A DNA stretch of 64,000 nt from Halorutilales archaeon Cl-col2-1 (GTDB lineage Archaea; Halobacteriota; Halobacteria; Halobacteriales; Afararchaeaceae). The notes beneath the pieces are model-generated. The model did no database searches and was not told the origin of the DNA. It worked only from the letters and a program-made list of their open reading frames with translations. Location of the stretch: positions 544,001 to 608,000 of the forward strand of contig CP169074.1 in the NCBI GenBank assembly GCA_041891055.1, given 5' to 3'. Shown in pieces: positions 49,638 through 59,434 of this stretch (positions are counted from its first letter, which is position 1; every line of letters starts with the position of its first letter). The position numbers and the translations under genes are program-made.

Positions 49638-50186
49638 TTATCTTTCGAGGAGTAGGACGACGAACTCGTCTTCGCATCCCTCAGGTGGGCTCCAGTATCT
49701 CTCTACGGTATCGGGCTGAACTCCAATGTTTTCGAAGCCGTTCTTCTCATAGAACTCGACAGCCCACGTAGCGTCCTTCCACGTTACTGTATAGACATCG
49801 CTGTGGGGGTGTCTCCGGAGACAGTCTTCGAGGAGAAAAGTTCCTATCCCCCGTCGCTGGTGATTGGGCTCGACGTAGAGGCGTCTCACGGCGACGACGC
49901 TTTCCCCGTCCAGATACCCGTCGTCGTGTGTCGGAGGCTCCGACATATCCATCTCCTGAACCCCTATGACACCGACGAGCTCTGAGTCGAGGAAGTAACC
50001 CCGGTATACGACTCCTTCCTCAATGTCACGTCTTACGTCTTCGGGTGTGGTGTAAGGACGGCTGTAACATCTCTCGGGAAGGACTCCGTAGTACATCTCG
50101 GCGGCGGCGTTGGTTATCTCAGTAATACTGCTGACGTCGGTCTCGTAGAGACTTCCTGTCTTACCCGCGTCACCGTCGTGTCTCAT
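49638..50186 (-). CDS. GNAT family N-acetyltransferase
   Basis: LYVEPNHQRRGIGTFLL and AVEFYEKNGF. Confidence 0.88.
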   Translation of the reverse strand: MRHDGDAGKTGSLYETDVSSITEITNAAAEMYYGVLPERCYSRPYTTPEDVRRDIEEGVVYRGYFLDSELVGVIGVQEMDMSEPPTHDDGYLDGESVVAVRRLYVEPNHQRRGIGTFLLEDCLRRHPHSDVYTVTWKDATWAVEFYEKNGFENIGVQPDTVERYWSPPEGCEDEFVVLLLER

Positions 50187-50220
50187 CCCGGGGAAGTAAA
50201 GGAGTCGTCTCTACTTGAAG

Positions 50221-50373
50221 CTACTCACACCGCGGGTCAAAGTCTTCCTCAGAGACGTCCTCCCCACAGACGGGACAGCCCTCACGGAGAAGAGTCTGTT
50301 TCATCTCGGCGTTGACCGCGACCGACTCGCCACACCCCGAGCAGTCGAAGACGTACTCCGTGAGTACTCTCAT
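50221..50373 (-). CDS. Small CPxCG-type zinc-ribbon protein, 50 aa (MRVLTEYVFDCSGCGESVAVNAEMKQTLLREGCPVCGEDVSEEDFDPRCE)
   Basis: Manual translation; CxxCG and CPVCG motifs; acidic; below the ORF-track cutoff. Confidence 0.75.
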   Translation of the reverse strand: MRVLTEYVFDCSGCGESVAVNAEMKQTLLREGCPVCGEDVSEEDFDPRCE

Positions 50374-50517
50374 GCACCTCAGTAGGGAGTGACAGACACA
50401 ATAAGACAGTCCCCCAGTTTAGAGGAGTATAAAGAACGGGGGAGGCTGGTTCGCGCCGACCACAGCACGAGCATGTATACCGATACCATAATACGTAATC
50501 CGTTTCTAACACCGTGT

Positions 50518-51000
50518 ATGCGTGTTGCTGTAGGCGGGACTTTCGACCCTGTGCACGACGGACATTATGCTCTGCTGAAGAAGGCTTTCGAACTCGGCGA
50601 CGAGGGAGTAGTAGTCGGACTCACGAGCGACGACCTCGCCCCGAAGACACGTGACGAGGAACGCAGGATAAGACCTTTCGAGGAGAGGAAGGAGGATCTC
50701 GTAGAGGCGATAGAAGAGGTCAACGAGTGGAACCGCGACTACGAGGTCGACAAGCTAGAAGACCCGTTCGGGATAGCGAGCGAAGACCCCTCGTTTGACT
50801 GCATAGTCGTCTCACCTGAGACCAAGAAAGGAGCCGAGAAGATCAACGGGATAAGACAGGAGAACGGGATGGAGACTCTCGACATAGTCGTAGTTCCCTA
50901 CATAGCCGCCGAGGACGGCGATCCGATATCGTCGACTAGGGTTGTCAAGGGAGAGATAGACAAACACGGCAACGTGAAGGGGGAAGAGACCCAAGGATGA
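50518..51000 (+). CDS. coaD: Phosphopantetheine adenylyltransferase (archaeal type)
   Basis: MRVAVGGTFDPVHDGH, VVSPET, ISSTR. Confidence 0.88.
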   Translation: MRVAVGGTFDPVHDGHYALLKKAFELGDEGVVVGLTSDDLAPKTRDEERRIRPFEERKEDLVEAIEEVNEWNRDYEVDKLEDPFGIASEDPSFDCIVVSPETKKGAEKINGIRQENGMETLDIVVVPYIAAEDGDPISSTRVVKGEIDKHGNVKGEETQG

Positions 51001-52211
51001 AAGATTCAGGGCTATACGACAGGGTTGTCGACGGTGACGTCCCTCTATACGCAGTCGAGGACGAGTCTGAGTCGGCGGACGAGGCGGTCGAAGTCAGGAG
51101 AAAGGTCATAGAGGAAGAGACAGGGACTTCGCTCGCGAACGTCGGAGAGTACGTCTTCGACGCCGAGACAGCCACCGACAAGAACGTCGAGAACATGGTC
51201 GGCGGAATACAGATACCTCTCGGCGTCGCGGGTCCACTCAGGGTAGACGGCGAGTACGCAACAGGAGAGTACTACGTACCTATGGCAACGACCGAGGGTG
51301 CTCTTGTCGCGTCGACAAATAGGGGCGCGTCGGCTGCGTCCGAGTCGGGAGGGGTAAGTTCACGTCTCTTCAAGGACGCGATGACGCGCGCTCCTGTCTT
51401 CCGTGTAGAGGGGGTCGAACACGCCAAGGAGGTCGTCGACTGGCTCTCCGAGAGCTTCGAGACGGTCAAGACAGCCGCGGAGGAGACCACGAGCCACGGC
51501 GAGTTAGTCGCCGCAGACCCCTACGTCGCTGGTGACAGCCTCTATCTGCGTCTGAGCTACGACACCAAGGACGCTATGGGAATGAACATGGCTACCGTCG
51601 CGAGCCGTGCCGTCTCGGAGGTCGTCGAGGAAGAGACAGGCGCGAGCCTTATCGCCCTGTCGGGCAACATGTGTACCGACAAGAAGCCCGCCGCGATAAA
51701 CCAGATAGAGGGGCGCGGAAGAACAGTAAGTGCCGACGTCGAGATGGAGAGGTCGACCGTCGAGAACGTCCTCAACACTACACCTGAGAACGTAGCCGAG
51801 GTCAACTCGAGAAAGACACTCGTCGGAAGCGCGAGGGCGGGATCGTTCGGATTCAACGCCCACGTCTCGAACGTCCTCTCAGCCGTCTATATCGCCACGG
51901 GACAGGATCCCGCACAGGTCGTCGAGGGATCGATGGCTACGACGACTGCTTCTGTCAAGGACGGCGACCTCTACTTCAGCGTGACCCTCCCCGCCGTAGA
52001 GGTCGGTACTGTCGGCGGTGGTACGTCGCTTGAGACACAGAACGAGGCTCTGTCTATCCTGGGCGTAGAAGGCGGCGGCGAAACGCCCGGGGAGAACGCA
52101 AAGGCGTTCGCCGAGATAATAGGAGCCGCCGCAGTCGCAGGCGAGCTAAGCCTACACGCCGCACTCGCGTCACGCCATCTCTCGGAGTCGCACGAGAAAC
52201 TGGGGCGTTAA
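50997..52211 (+). CDS. hmgA: HMG-CoA reductase (class I)
   Basis: ENMVG, PMATTEGALVAS, DAMGMNM, GTVGGGT. Confidence 0.96.
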   Translation: MKDSGLYDRVVDGDVPLYAVEDESESADEAVEVRRKVIEEETGTSLANVGEYVFDAETATDKNVENMVGGIQIPLGVAGPLRVDGEYATGEYYVPMATTEGALVASTNRGASAASESGGVSSRLFKDAMTRAPVFRVEGVEHAKEVVDWLSESFETVKTAAEETTSHGELVAADPYVAGDSLYLRLSYDTKDAMGMNMATVASRAVSEVVEEETGASLIALSGNMCTDKKPAAINQIEGRGRTVSADVEMERSTVENVLNTTPENVAEVNSRKTLVGSARAGSFGFNAHVSNVLSAVYIATGQDPAQVVEGSMATTTASVKDGDLYFSVTLPAVEVGTVGGGTSLETQNEALSILGVEGGGETPGENAKAFAEIIGAAAVAGELSLHAALASRHLSESHEKLGR

Positions 52212-52334
52212 CTAACTAGCTACGTGAGGAGTGAAGTCCTCGATTATCCACTCGTTGAGTGTCTTCTTGAGATCCCTGCGCTCCTCGGGAGACAGGTCTT
52301 CTCCCGGATCAGGTAGGTATTCGTAATCTCCCAT
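52212..52334 (-). CDS. Putative 40-aa protein (MGDYEYLPDPGEDLSPEERRDLKKTLNEWIIEDFTPHVAS)
   Basis: ATG overlaps the hsp20 stop (TAATG), fills the gap to hmgA, acidic composition. Confidence 0.5.
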   Translation of the reverse strand: MGDYEYLPDPGEDLSPEERRDLKKTLNEWIIEDFTPHVAS

Positions 52335-52774
52335 TACTCTATGTCTATCTCCTTTCCTCTTATTTCTTCTTCCTTCTCGAACGTGGTCTCGAGAACCCCG
52401 TTTCGGTAGGTCGCCTCCGCGGTGTCGGGATCAACCCTCTCAGGAAGCTGTACCGTGGTGTCGTACCTCCTTTCGTCGCTCGAAGCACGTATCCTGAGGC
52501 TATCGTCGGTCGCGTTGAGACTGATATCCTCCTTTCTGACTCCCGGGAGATCCGCTACGACCCTCACGGAGTCGTCGTCGTCGAACACCTCGACACGTGG
52601 TGACGTCTCAGCCTCGGAGCCGTGATTAGAGGCGTCGGTCGTGGCTCTCTCGCGCAGGTCGTCGGGCGTGAGACCGAAACTGTACGCCCTCATCTCCGAG
52701 TTCTCGTCGGCGAGCTGTTTCATCATCCTCTCTACCTCCTCGAATATCTCGTCGAACGGGTTTCTCCTTGTCAT
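52334..52774 (-). CDS. Small heat-shock protein Hsp20
   Basis: VVADLPGVRKEDI and AEATYRNGVLE alpha-crystallin motifs. Confidence 0.92.
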   Translation of the reverse strand: MTRRNPFDEIFEEVERMMKQLADENSEMRAYSFGLTPDDLRERATTDASNHGSEAETSPRVEVFDDDDSVRVVADLPGVRKEDISLNATDDSLRIRASSDERRYDTTVQLPERVDPDTAEATYRNGVLETTFEKEEEIRGKEIDIE

Positions 52775-52834
52775 CTCGACCACTCCTTAACTTGGAGTTA
52801 GTGTTTAAGACACAAAAATGTTTTGTGCTAAGTC

Positions 52835-53281
52835 CTAAGCCATCTCGTCGACAGCCTTCTCGACCAACTGGTAGTACATCAGCGCGGGACCGCCTCCCAT
52901 TAGAACCGCCATCCAGCCAGCCTCTCTTATCTCGTCGGGGGTCGCGCCCTCGTCAACGGCGTTCTTGACGTGGTAGGCTATACACCATTTACAGTGGGTA
53001 ACGACCGAGAGCGAGACGGCTGTAAGCTCCTTCTGTTTCGTACTGAGCGCGCCCTCTGTCTCGACTTCACCAAGGAACTCTCCGAAAGCCGCCATCTCGT
53101 CGGGTGAGGTCTCGTCGAACTTGGCGAGTGACTCGGAGACTTGGGAGTGGAGGTCTTCCATGCTGGGAAGTTCGCGTCCCTGTCTTTCGAGTCTTTCAAC
53201 CGTCTCGATGAGATCTTCGATAGTCGTCTCACCACTGTCTCGGTCTCTGTTCCCGCCGTCGGAAGGACTGTCTGACGCCAT
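52835..53281 (-). CDS. Carboxymuconolactone decarboxylase/AhpD-like protein
   Basis: GALSTKQKEL, HCKWCIAYH, GATPDEIREA. Confidence 0.87.
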   Translation of the reverse strand: MASDSPSDGGNRDRDSGETTIEDLIETVERLERQGRELPSMEDLHSQVSESLAKFDETSPDEMAAFGEFLGEVETEGALSTKQKELTAVSLSVVTHCKWCIAYHVKNAVDEGATPDEIREAGWMAVLMGGGPALMYYQLVEKAVDEMA

Positions 53282-53323
53282 AGGAACCAGCTTCGGATTC
53301 AGACGTCTTGTTTCTTTCGCGGT

Positions 53324-53788
53324 TTACGACGGGACGAGTTCGTCGAGGGCGTCGTCTATTAGGTCGTCTACGTCGATGTCTTTCGTCTCAGCAACATAGA
53401 GCGCGGCTGCGTGTATGTTGACCGCCCCGAGTCGGCGTTTCGACCTGTTTATCTCGGCAACTGTCTCACGTTTGTCGAAGCCTTCGGCTACGAGTCTGTC
53501 GAGGACTGCGTCGAAGACGTCGACTTCTCCCACCAAGCTTCCGACGTCAGGCGGCGAGAAGTCAGTGAGATCGACCTCGCCGAAGTCGAACTCGGATTCT
53601 ACCTCGTCCCCGTCGTCAATAGTTACGAGACCTCTCTCATCGGCGGCTTCGAGTATCTCCTCCGCCTCGTCGGGACTGTACCAGCCCTTGTCGCGCGAGA
53701 GCGAGAAGACGAATTCAACGTGTGACACAGTGTCGGTGTCCCTCATACGGAATGGAGCCGAGACGACTTCACGGAGACTCATACCCAT
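53324..53788 (-). CDS. Conserved archaeal protein (DUF2240-like)
   Basis: LREVVSAPF...EFVFSLSRDKGWYSPDEA pattern. Confidence 0.7.
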   Translation of the reverse strand: MGMSLREVVSAPFRMRDTDTVSHVEFVFSLSRDKGWYSPDEAEEILEAADERGLVTIDDGDEVESEFDFGEVDLTDFSPPDVGSLVGEVDVFDAVLDRLVAEGFDKRETVAEINRSKRRLGAVNIHAAALYVAETKDIDVDDLIDDALDELVPS

Positions 53789-53824
53789 AAGTCGAGGTGA
53801 TGAGACAAGTCGTTAACGGTGTGG

Positions 53825-54292
53825 TCAGTAGCCGCCCGGGAGAGCGAGGACGACTGCGACTAAGAAGAGCGGGAGACTCATCACTATACCGTACCAGAGA
53901 CCGCCCGCGCCGAGTAGGAGCCACGTCGTGACGCGTCGGTCGTCCACCTGGTCGTAGCCTAAACGCGGAAGGACGAGTAGTGCTAGAGACGGAAAGCCGA
54001 CGGTATAGAGTAAGGTCACGACCACCGATAGACTGATTATCGCGTTCGAGTACGTCGCTGTGCCCGTAGGATCGAGAACGAAGACAGCACCGAGTCCGAG
54101 TAAGTAAGGAACTGCCGCAGCTACACAGAAGACGGGATACGCGACGTAGAGAGGGACGGGAGCCTCGTCGAAGACCGAACGGACACGTTCGGAGACCAGA
54201 AAAGGAGACCAGAGGACTCCCGCGACTAAGCCAGGTAGGAAGAGATAGACGACGACGAAGACACCTCCGGTTATCCACTCGACAGCTGACAT
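53825..54292 (-). CDS. Hypothetical membrane protein
   Basis: Four hydrophobic segments, host-like codon use. Confidence 0.7.
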   Translation of the reverse strand: MSAVEWITGGVFVVVYLFLPGLVAGVLWSPFLVSERVRSVFDEAPVPLYVAYPVFCVAAAVPYLLGLGAVFVLDPTGTATYSNAIISLSVVVTLLYTVGFPSLALLVLPRLGYDQVDDRRVTTWLLLGAGGLWYGIVMSLPLFLVAVVLALPGGY

Positions 54293-54334
54293 CGTTCGTA
54301 TCTCGCCGTCGACGCATAACGTACTTTTGGTGGG

Positions 54335-54751
54335 TTACTCGAGGCTCCAGCCCGCAGTCTCGGCGGCTTCGTCTACGTCGACGTACTCCCATCCCGCCTT
54401 CTCAGCTACTACCTCGTCCCTCTTCGACGCGCCGACGAAGACGTACCTCTCGGCGTCGTACATCTCGCTGTCCATCGCGCGTTCGAGGGCATCGAGCTTT
54501 CCGTCGTCGGGCGCGGGGAAGAAGTCGGGATCTATCCGGTTCTTCGTACAGTAGCCGTTTATGACGTGCTGTGAGGTCGATCCCACGACGCCGACGTACT
54601 CAGCCCAGCCGTTTATCGACTCAAATGTCTCACGCGGGTTCTCGAAGCTCTTCAGGACGGAGTCGAAGTCGAGGGCGACGGCTATTTCGCCTCGGGCATC
54701 TATGCCGTCGACGTCTGTCGCGTCGTCGGTCTCGGGATCTGGCATGGTCAT
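54335..54751 (-). CDS. Conserved haloarchaeal hypothetical protein
   Basis: Acidic; WAEYVGVV, ERYVFVG and GWEYV..EAAE.AGW pattern. Confidence 0.7.
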   Translation of the reverse strand: MTMPDPETDDATDVDGIDARGEIAVALDFDSVLKSFENPRETFESINGWAEYVGVVGSTSQHVINGYCTKNRIDPDFFPAPDDGKLDALERAMDSEMYDAERYVFVGASKRDEVVAEKAGWEYVDVDEAAETAGWSLE

Positions 54752-54793
54752 AGGTTATAGAGGGTGGTGGGTACTAAGAGGGTTTTCTCTCGT

Positions 54794-56851
54794 CTATCCT
54801 CCATCCGTCTTACCGAGCACCTTCTCCTCGAACCCGCCCTCGTCGAGTGTCTCAACGCCGTGTTCGTCGGCGTCCTGAGTCTTTCTCGCTCCGGGATCCT
54901 CTCCGACGACGAGGTAGTCGGTCTCTCCGCTCACAGAAGAAGTCACGTCTCCGCCGTGGGACTCGACGAGATCCGTAGCCTCGTCTCGCGTATAGGAGTC
55001 GAGACTTCCCGTGAAGACTATCTTGAGACCCTCTAACTCGTCACTCCTCTCACGTCTCTGAGGCGTTACTCCGGCGTCAAGTAGGTCGTCGACTAAGTCG
55101 CCGCCCCTTCCCTCGAAGAACGAATGTATGCTCTCTGCTGTCTCCTCACCCACGTCGTCGATACGTCTCAGCTCTTCTACCGTGGCGTCTCTTATCTCTT
55201 CGAGACTCATCTCGTCCGAGAGACGGCGTGCGGTCTCTGAGCCGACGTGTCTTATCCCGAGCGAGGTCAGGAAGCTACTCAGATCTGTCGTCTTACTGTC
55301 GTCTATCTCGCACACGAGCTTCTGAGCCGACTTCTCTCCGAAGCCATCCAACTCGACTAAGTCGTCCTTTTCGAGTCGGTAGAGATCGGCGACCTCCTCG
55401 ACTATTCCCTCGTCGACGAGAACTGAAGCGATCTTCTCGCCGAGACCTTGTATATCCATCGCGTCCTTCGACCCGAAATGTTCGAGACCACGTCTGAGCT
55501 GTGCGGGACACGAGACCCCACCAGTGCAGTAATGGTACTCGCCCTCACGCACGACGTCGCTCCCACAGACGGGACATTCGTCGGGCATCTCGAAGACTTC
55601 TCTGTCTTCGGTCTCGGACGTGACCTCTACGACCTCAGGTATGACGTCGCCCGCCCTCTTTATCCTGACCCTCGCGCCCTCCGAGACTCCGAGTTGGCGA
55701 GCCTGTGACTCGTTGTGAAGGGTCGCACGGCTGATAGTCACGCCCTTGACGTCTACGGGTTCGAGGAGAGCAACGGGGGTGAGCTTGCCCGTCCTTCCGA
55801 CCTGTACGACTATCCTCTCGACGGTTGTCTCTCCCGTCTTCGCGGGGAACTTGTAGGCGAACGCCCATCTTGGATGGCTCGAAGTCACGCCGAGTTCGCC
55901 CCTCTTCGAGTAGTCGTTGACCTTCGCGACGACGCCGTCGACATCGTAGTTGAGTTCGTCTCGTCTTTCGAGAATCTCGTCCCTGTACTCGATGAATCCG
56001 TCTATGTCGTCGACTATCCGTCTGTTGGGACTAGTCTCGAATCCGAGGTCACTCAGGAACTCCATCGCCTCGTCGTGTGATTCGACCCCGAGGTCAGAGT
56101 CGAGTATAGAGTAAAAGAAGATATCGAGGGGTCTGTCGGCGACTACGTTCGGATCTAGCTGTCTCAGACTTCCCGCGGCGGCGTTCCTCGGGTTGGCGAA
56201 GGGCTCATTCCCCTCCTGAATCCTCTTCTCGTTGAGACTCTGGAAGCCATCCTTCGGAATGTAGATCTCGCCCCTCACAGCGAGGAAGTCGGGGGCGTCG
56301 GACGGAAGGGACAGAGGCACCGATCTTATAGTACGGACGTTACGTGTCACGTCGTCTCCCTCTACGCCGTCTCCGCGTGTAACCGCTCTCGAATACTCGG
56401 CACTTTCGTAGACGACCTCGACCGAGAGACCGTCAAACTTGGGCTCACAGTTGTACTCGACGTCACCGACCTCACGTCTCACCCTCTCGTCGAACTTCCT
56501 GACGTCGTCCTCGTCATCAGACGAAGACAGGCTAAGCATCTCGGTGACGTGTTCGACCGTCTCAAACTCGTCGACGGGCTCGCCCCCCACTCTCTGAGTC
56601 GGTGAGTTCTCGGTAGCTAAGCCGAACTCGTCCTCCAGATCTTCGAGTCTCGCGTAAAGCTCGTCGTACGCCCTATCGGAGATGACGGGGTCGTTCTCGA
56701 CGTAGTAACGGTAGTCGTGGTAACGCACCGCCTCACGCAGGAGACGAACCTGTTTCTCCGCTTCCTCTTGTGTCAGATCCTCGACCGGATCGAAGTCGAG
56801 TTCGGGATTCTCGATGTATGGATTCTCGTCGGTGTCGGGTTTCTCAGTCAT
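54794..56851 (-). CDS. ligA: NAD-dependent DNA ligase
   Basis: EPKFDGLS (KxDG), TRGDG..GDDVT, ANPRNAAAGSLRQ, Zn finger CPVC, HhH, C-terminal BRCT. Confidence 0.96.
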   Translation of the reverse strand: MTEKPDTDENPYIENPELDFDPVEDLTQEEAEKQVRLLREAVRYHDYRYYVENDPVISDRAYDELYARLEDLEDEFGLATENSPTQRVGGEPVDEFETVEHVTEMLSLSSSDDEDDVRKFDERVRREVGDVEYNCEPKFDGLSVEVVYESAEYSRAVTRGDGVEGDDVTRNVRTIRSVPLSLPSDAPDFLAVRGEIYIPKDGFQSLNEKRIQEGNEPFANPRNAAAGSLRQLDPNVVADRPLDIFFYSILDSDLGVESHDEAMEFLSDLGFETSPNRRIVDDIDGFIEYRDEILERRDELNYDVDGVVAKVNDYSKRGELGVTSSHPRWAFAYKFPAKTGETTVERIVVQVGRTGKLTPVALLEPVDVKGVTISRATLHNESQARQLGVSEGARVRIKRAGDVIPEVVEVTSETEDREVFEMPDECPVCGSDVVREGEYHYCTGGVSCPAQLRRGLEHFGSKDAMDIQGLGEKIASVLVDEGIVEEVADLYRLEKDDLVELDGFGEKSAQKLVCEIDDSKTTDLSSFLTSLGIRHVGSETARRLSDEMSLEEIRDATVEELRRIDDVGEETAESIHSFFEGRGGDLVDDLLDAGVTPQRRERSDELEGLKIVFTGSLDSYTRDEATDLVESHGGDVTSSVSGETDYLVVGEDPGARKTQDADEHGVETLDEGGFEEKVLGKTDGG

Positions 56852-58568
56852 CGCTCTCGAAGTAAGACAGGAGTCCATCTAAGTCCCTCGTGTTGAGGAC
56901 GTCGTCGGGCTCACACCATCCTCTCCGTGCCTGTGAGACCCCGAGATGCATATGGTCAAGCTCAGAAGTCGAGTGGGCGTCTGTCGAGATGACGTACTTG
57001 ACATCGCCGCGGTACTCCTTGACGTGGTTCCACGGCATGTCGAGCCTCGCAGGCTGCGAGTTGATTTCGAGTGCGACGTTCTCATCGGCGGCTTTAGCTA
57101 CGACAGCGTCGAGATCTATGTCGAGGGACTCACGCTCGTTTATCTTCCTGTTGAGAGGATGTGCGAGGACGTCGACGGGGTACTCTTCGAGTGCCGAGAC
57201 GATCCTGTCGGTCGGTTCGTCGGGACTTGAATGTAACGCCGCGACGAGGACGTCGAATATCTCGGACGTCTCCTCCGAGATGTCGAGACCGTCGTCAGTA
57301 ATGTTAGCCTCGGCTCCGAAGAGAACCTCGACGCCGATCTCGTCGTCAGCGTTGACCTCGTCTATCTCGTCTTTCTGTTCCTCGAAGTCGTCTCTCGAAG
57401 ACGGTCCGCCCGCGACCCTGAGAGCGGGACCGTGGTCTGTCACGAGTAGGTAGTCGTGTCCTATCTCGTCGGCTTTCTGTGCCATCTCCCTCACAGTGTT
57501 AGATCCGTCGGAGTAGTCTGTGTGGGTCTGGAGATCGCCGCTTATGTCGTCGACTTCGACGAGGTCAGGTAGATCTCCGTTACGCGCCGCGTCGACCTCT
57601 CCGGTGTCCTCTCTGAGTTCGGGGGGTATGTAGTCGAGTCCGAGAGCCTCGTAGATCTCCTCCTCGGTCTCTCCGGCTATCCTGTCGCCCTCCTCGGGCT
57701 CGGCATCGTCCTCAACGTCGAATAGACCGTACTCATTGAGCTTCCAGTCCTTCTCGATAGCGATGTTTCTGACCCTTATATTGTGATCCTTCGATCCCGT
57801 GAAGTACTGGAGGGCGGAGCCGTAAGCGTCTTCTGCGACTATACGCAGATCGACACGCAGGTCGCCCGAGACGAGAACCGAAGTCTTCGTCTCCCCCTTC
57901 GTGAGTACCTCCTTGACGTCTCTCATGTCACAGAAGGAGTCGGACGCCTCCTCGGGGACGCCGGAGGTCGCGAGAATGTCGACATCTCCAACAGTAGGAC
58001 GCCGTCTCCTGAACGAGCCGACTACGGTCGCCGTGTCTATGCTCTCGAACCCCTCGACAGTCTCACGTATGTCCTGTGTGATCGGGAAAGCCTCGCCGAG
58101 GAGCATCCTCTCCTGACTTTTTCTGGCTAACCCTATGCCTTCGAGAATCTTCTCCTGTGTCTTCTCGCCGTAGCCCTCCAAGCCAGCGATCTCACCCGAC
58201 TCTGCGGCTTCTTCGAGGTCGTCGAGGTCGGTCACGCCGAGTTCGATGTAGAGATCCTTCGCGGTCTTCGGACCCACCCCCTCTACCGACTTGAGGGCGT
58301 CTATGTCGACGGGTAGCTCGTCCTTGAGTTCGTCGTAGTAGCCGAGTTCGCCGGTTTCGAGATACTCAGAGACCTTCTCGGCTATTGACTCCCCGACTCC
58401 GTCTATCTCCTGAAGCTCACCCCTGTCGTGTATCTCGTCTATCTCCTCCGAGAGCGACTCGATGTTACGTGCGGCGCGCCGGTAGGCTCTCGGTTTCCAC
58501 TCGACCTCCTTCATCTCAAGCAGATCAGCTATTTCATAGAGGAGGTCGGCGACTTCCTTGTTCCTCAT
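56844..58568 (-). CDS. polX: DNA polymerase X with PHP domain
   Basis: GSFRR...GDVDIL, RVDLR, YFTGSKDHN, PPELRE, PHP motifs QTH/TDH/DAH. Confidence 0.94.
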   Translation of the reverse strand: MRNKEVADLLYEIADLLEMKEVEWKPRAYRRAARNIESLSEEIDEIHDRGELQEIDGVGESIAEKVSEYLETGELGYYDELKDELPVDIDALKSVEGVGPKTAKDLYIELGVTDLDDLEEAAESGEIAGLEGYGEKTQEKILEGIGLARKSQERMLLGEAFPITQDIRETVEGFESIDTATVVGSFRRRRPTVGDVDILATSGVPEEASDSFCDMRDVKEVLTKGETKTSVLVSGDLRVDLRIVAEDAYGSALQYFTGSKDHNIRVRNIAIEKDWKLNEYGLFDVEDDAEPEEGDRIAGETEEEIYEALGLDYIPPELREDTGEVDAARNGDLPDLVEVDDISGDLQTHTDYSDGSNTVREMAQKADEIGHDYLLVTDHGPALRVAGGPSSRDDFEEQKDEIDEVNADDEIGVEVLFGAEANITDDGLDISEETSEIFDVLVAALHSSPDEPTDRIVSALEEYPVDVLAHPLNRKINERESLDIDLDAVVAKAADENVALEINSQPARLDMPWNHVKEYRGDVKYVISTDAHSTSELDHMHLGVSQARRGWCEPDDVLNTRDLDGLLSYFESDD

Positions 58569-58598
58569 AATTCGGTGTCACACCGCGGGGTCTAAAAC

Positions 58599-59348
58599 TT
58601 AATGCCGAGTAGGTGTCCCGGTCGGACACGACTCCGACGCCAACTCGGTCTCGGTCTCGGTCTGTGACACGAGACGGATTATCTCGCCCGCGTTCGAGAT
58701 TAGACTGTTCTCCGCCTTACGCAGATGCTCCTCGTAGGTCGATCTCGCGACGTCTGTCCTCTCCGAGAGATCGGCGACAGACGCGTTACGCGGCTCGTCG
58801 TAATAACCGTTGTCGAGAGCGATCCGGAGGGCTTCGATCTGTCTGGGTGTTATGTCGTCGACGAGCGTCTCAGCTGTCACGGTGGTGTAGGGCATCCGTC
58901 TCTCACGTAGGGACGTCTTAGAGATTACCTCTATCTCCCTGTCCTCATCAAGATCTCTGAGTAGACTCTCGACGTCGCCCTCGTCGAACGCCGTGACGGT
59001 GTAATGCTCCCATCCCTGTCGGTAGACCGTTGGAGGCATATAGAGACAGCTGTGATCCTCAAGCTCCTGTATAACCGAGTCCTCAAGAGGGCAGCTACAC
59101 GATCTCGCTACAACCCGGATACCGGAGCCGTCATCCGACTCCGACGTGTGAAGTATCTCGCCCATGGAGCCGACCTCGTCGACGACGTCATCGGACGAGA
59201 CGGACTCCGAAGACATCGGAGAGGTGACTTCGAGAACCTGACAGTCGTTGAGATGCCACTCACGAACTGTGAGGTCGGGATATTGCTCTGATAGCTCACG
59301 ATAGGGACAGTCGTGTCTTAGCTTGAACGAAGCCTCGTAGATCGGCAT
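58599..59348 (-). CDS. Bacterio-opsin-activator-type HTH regulator
   Basis: TPRQIEALRIALDNGYYDEPR...TYEEHLRKAE C-terminal HTH. Confidence 0.88.
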   Translation of the reverse strand: MPIYEASFKLRHDCPYRELSEQYPDLTVREWHLNDCQVLEVTSPMSSESVSSDDVVDEVGSMGEILHTSESDDGSGIRVVARSCSCPLEDSVIQELEDHSCLYMPPTVYRQGWEHYTVTAFDEGDVESLLRDLDEDREIEVISKTSLRERRMPYTTVTAETLVDDITPRQIEALRIALDNGYYDEPRNASVADLSERTDVARSTYEEHLRKAENSLISNAGEIIRLVSQTETETELASESCPTGTPTRH

Positions 59349-59434
59349 ATACGGCTTAAGTAGCGGGGAATGTTAAAGCCGGCTATAACCGGCAGCACCT
59401 ATATGGATAAGTGAGTGGTAGGATACGTCGACGT

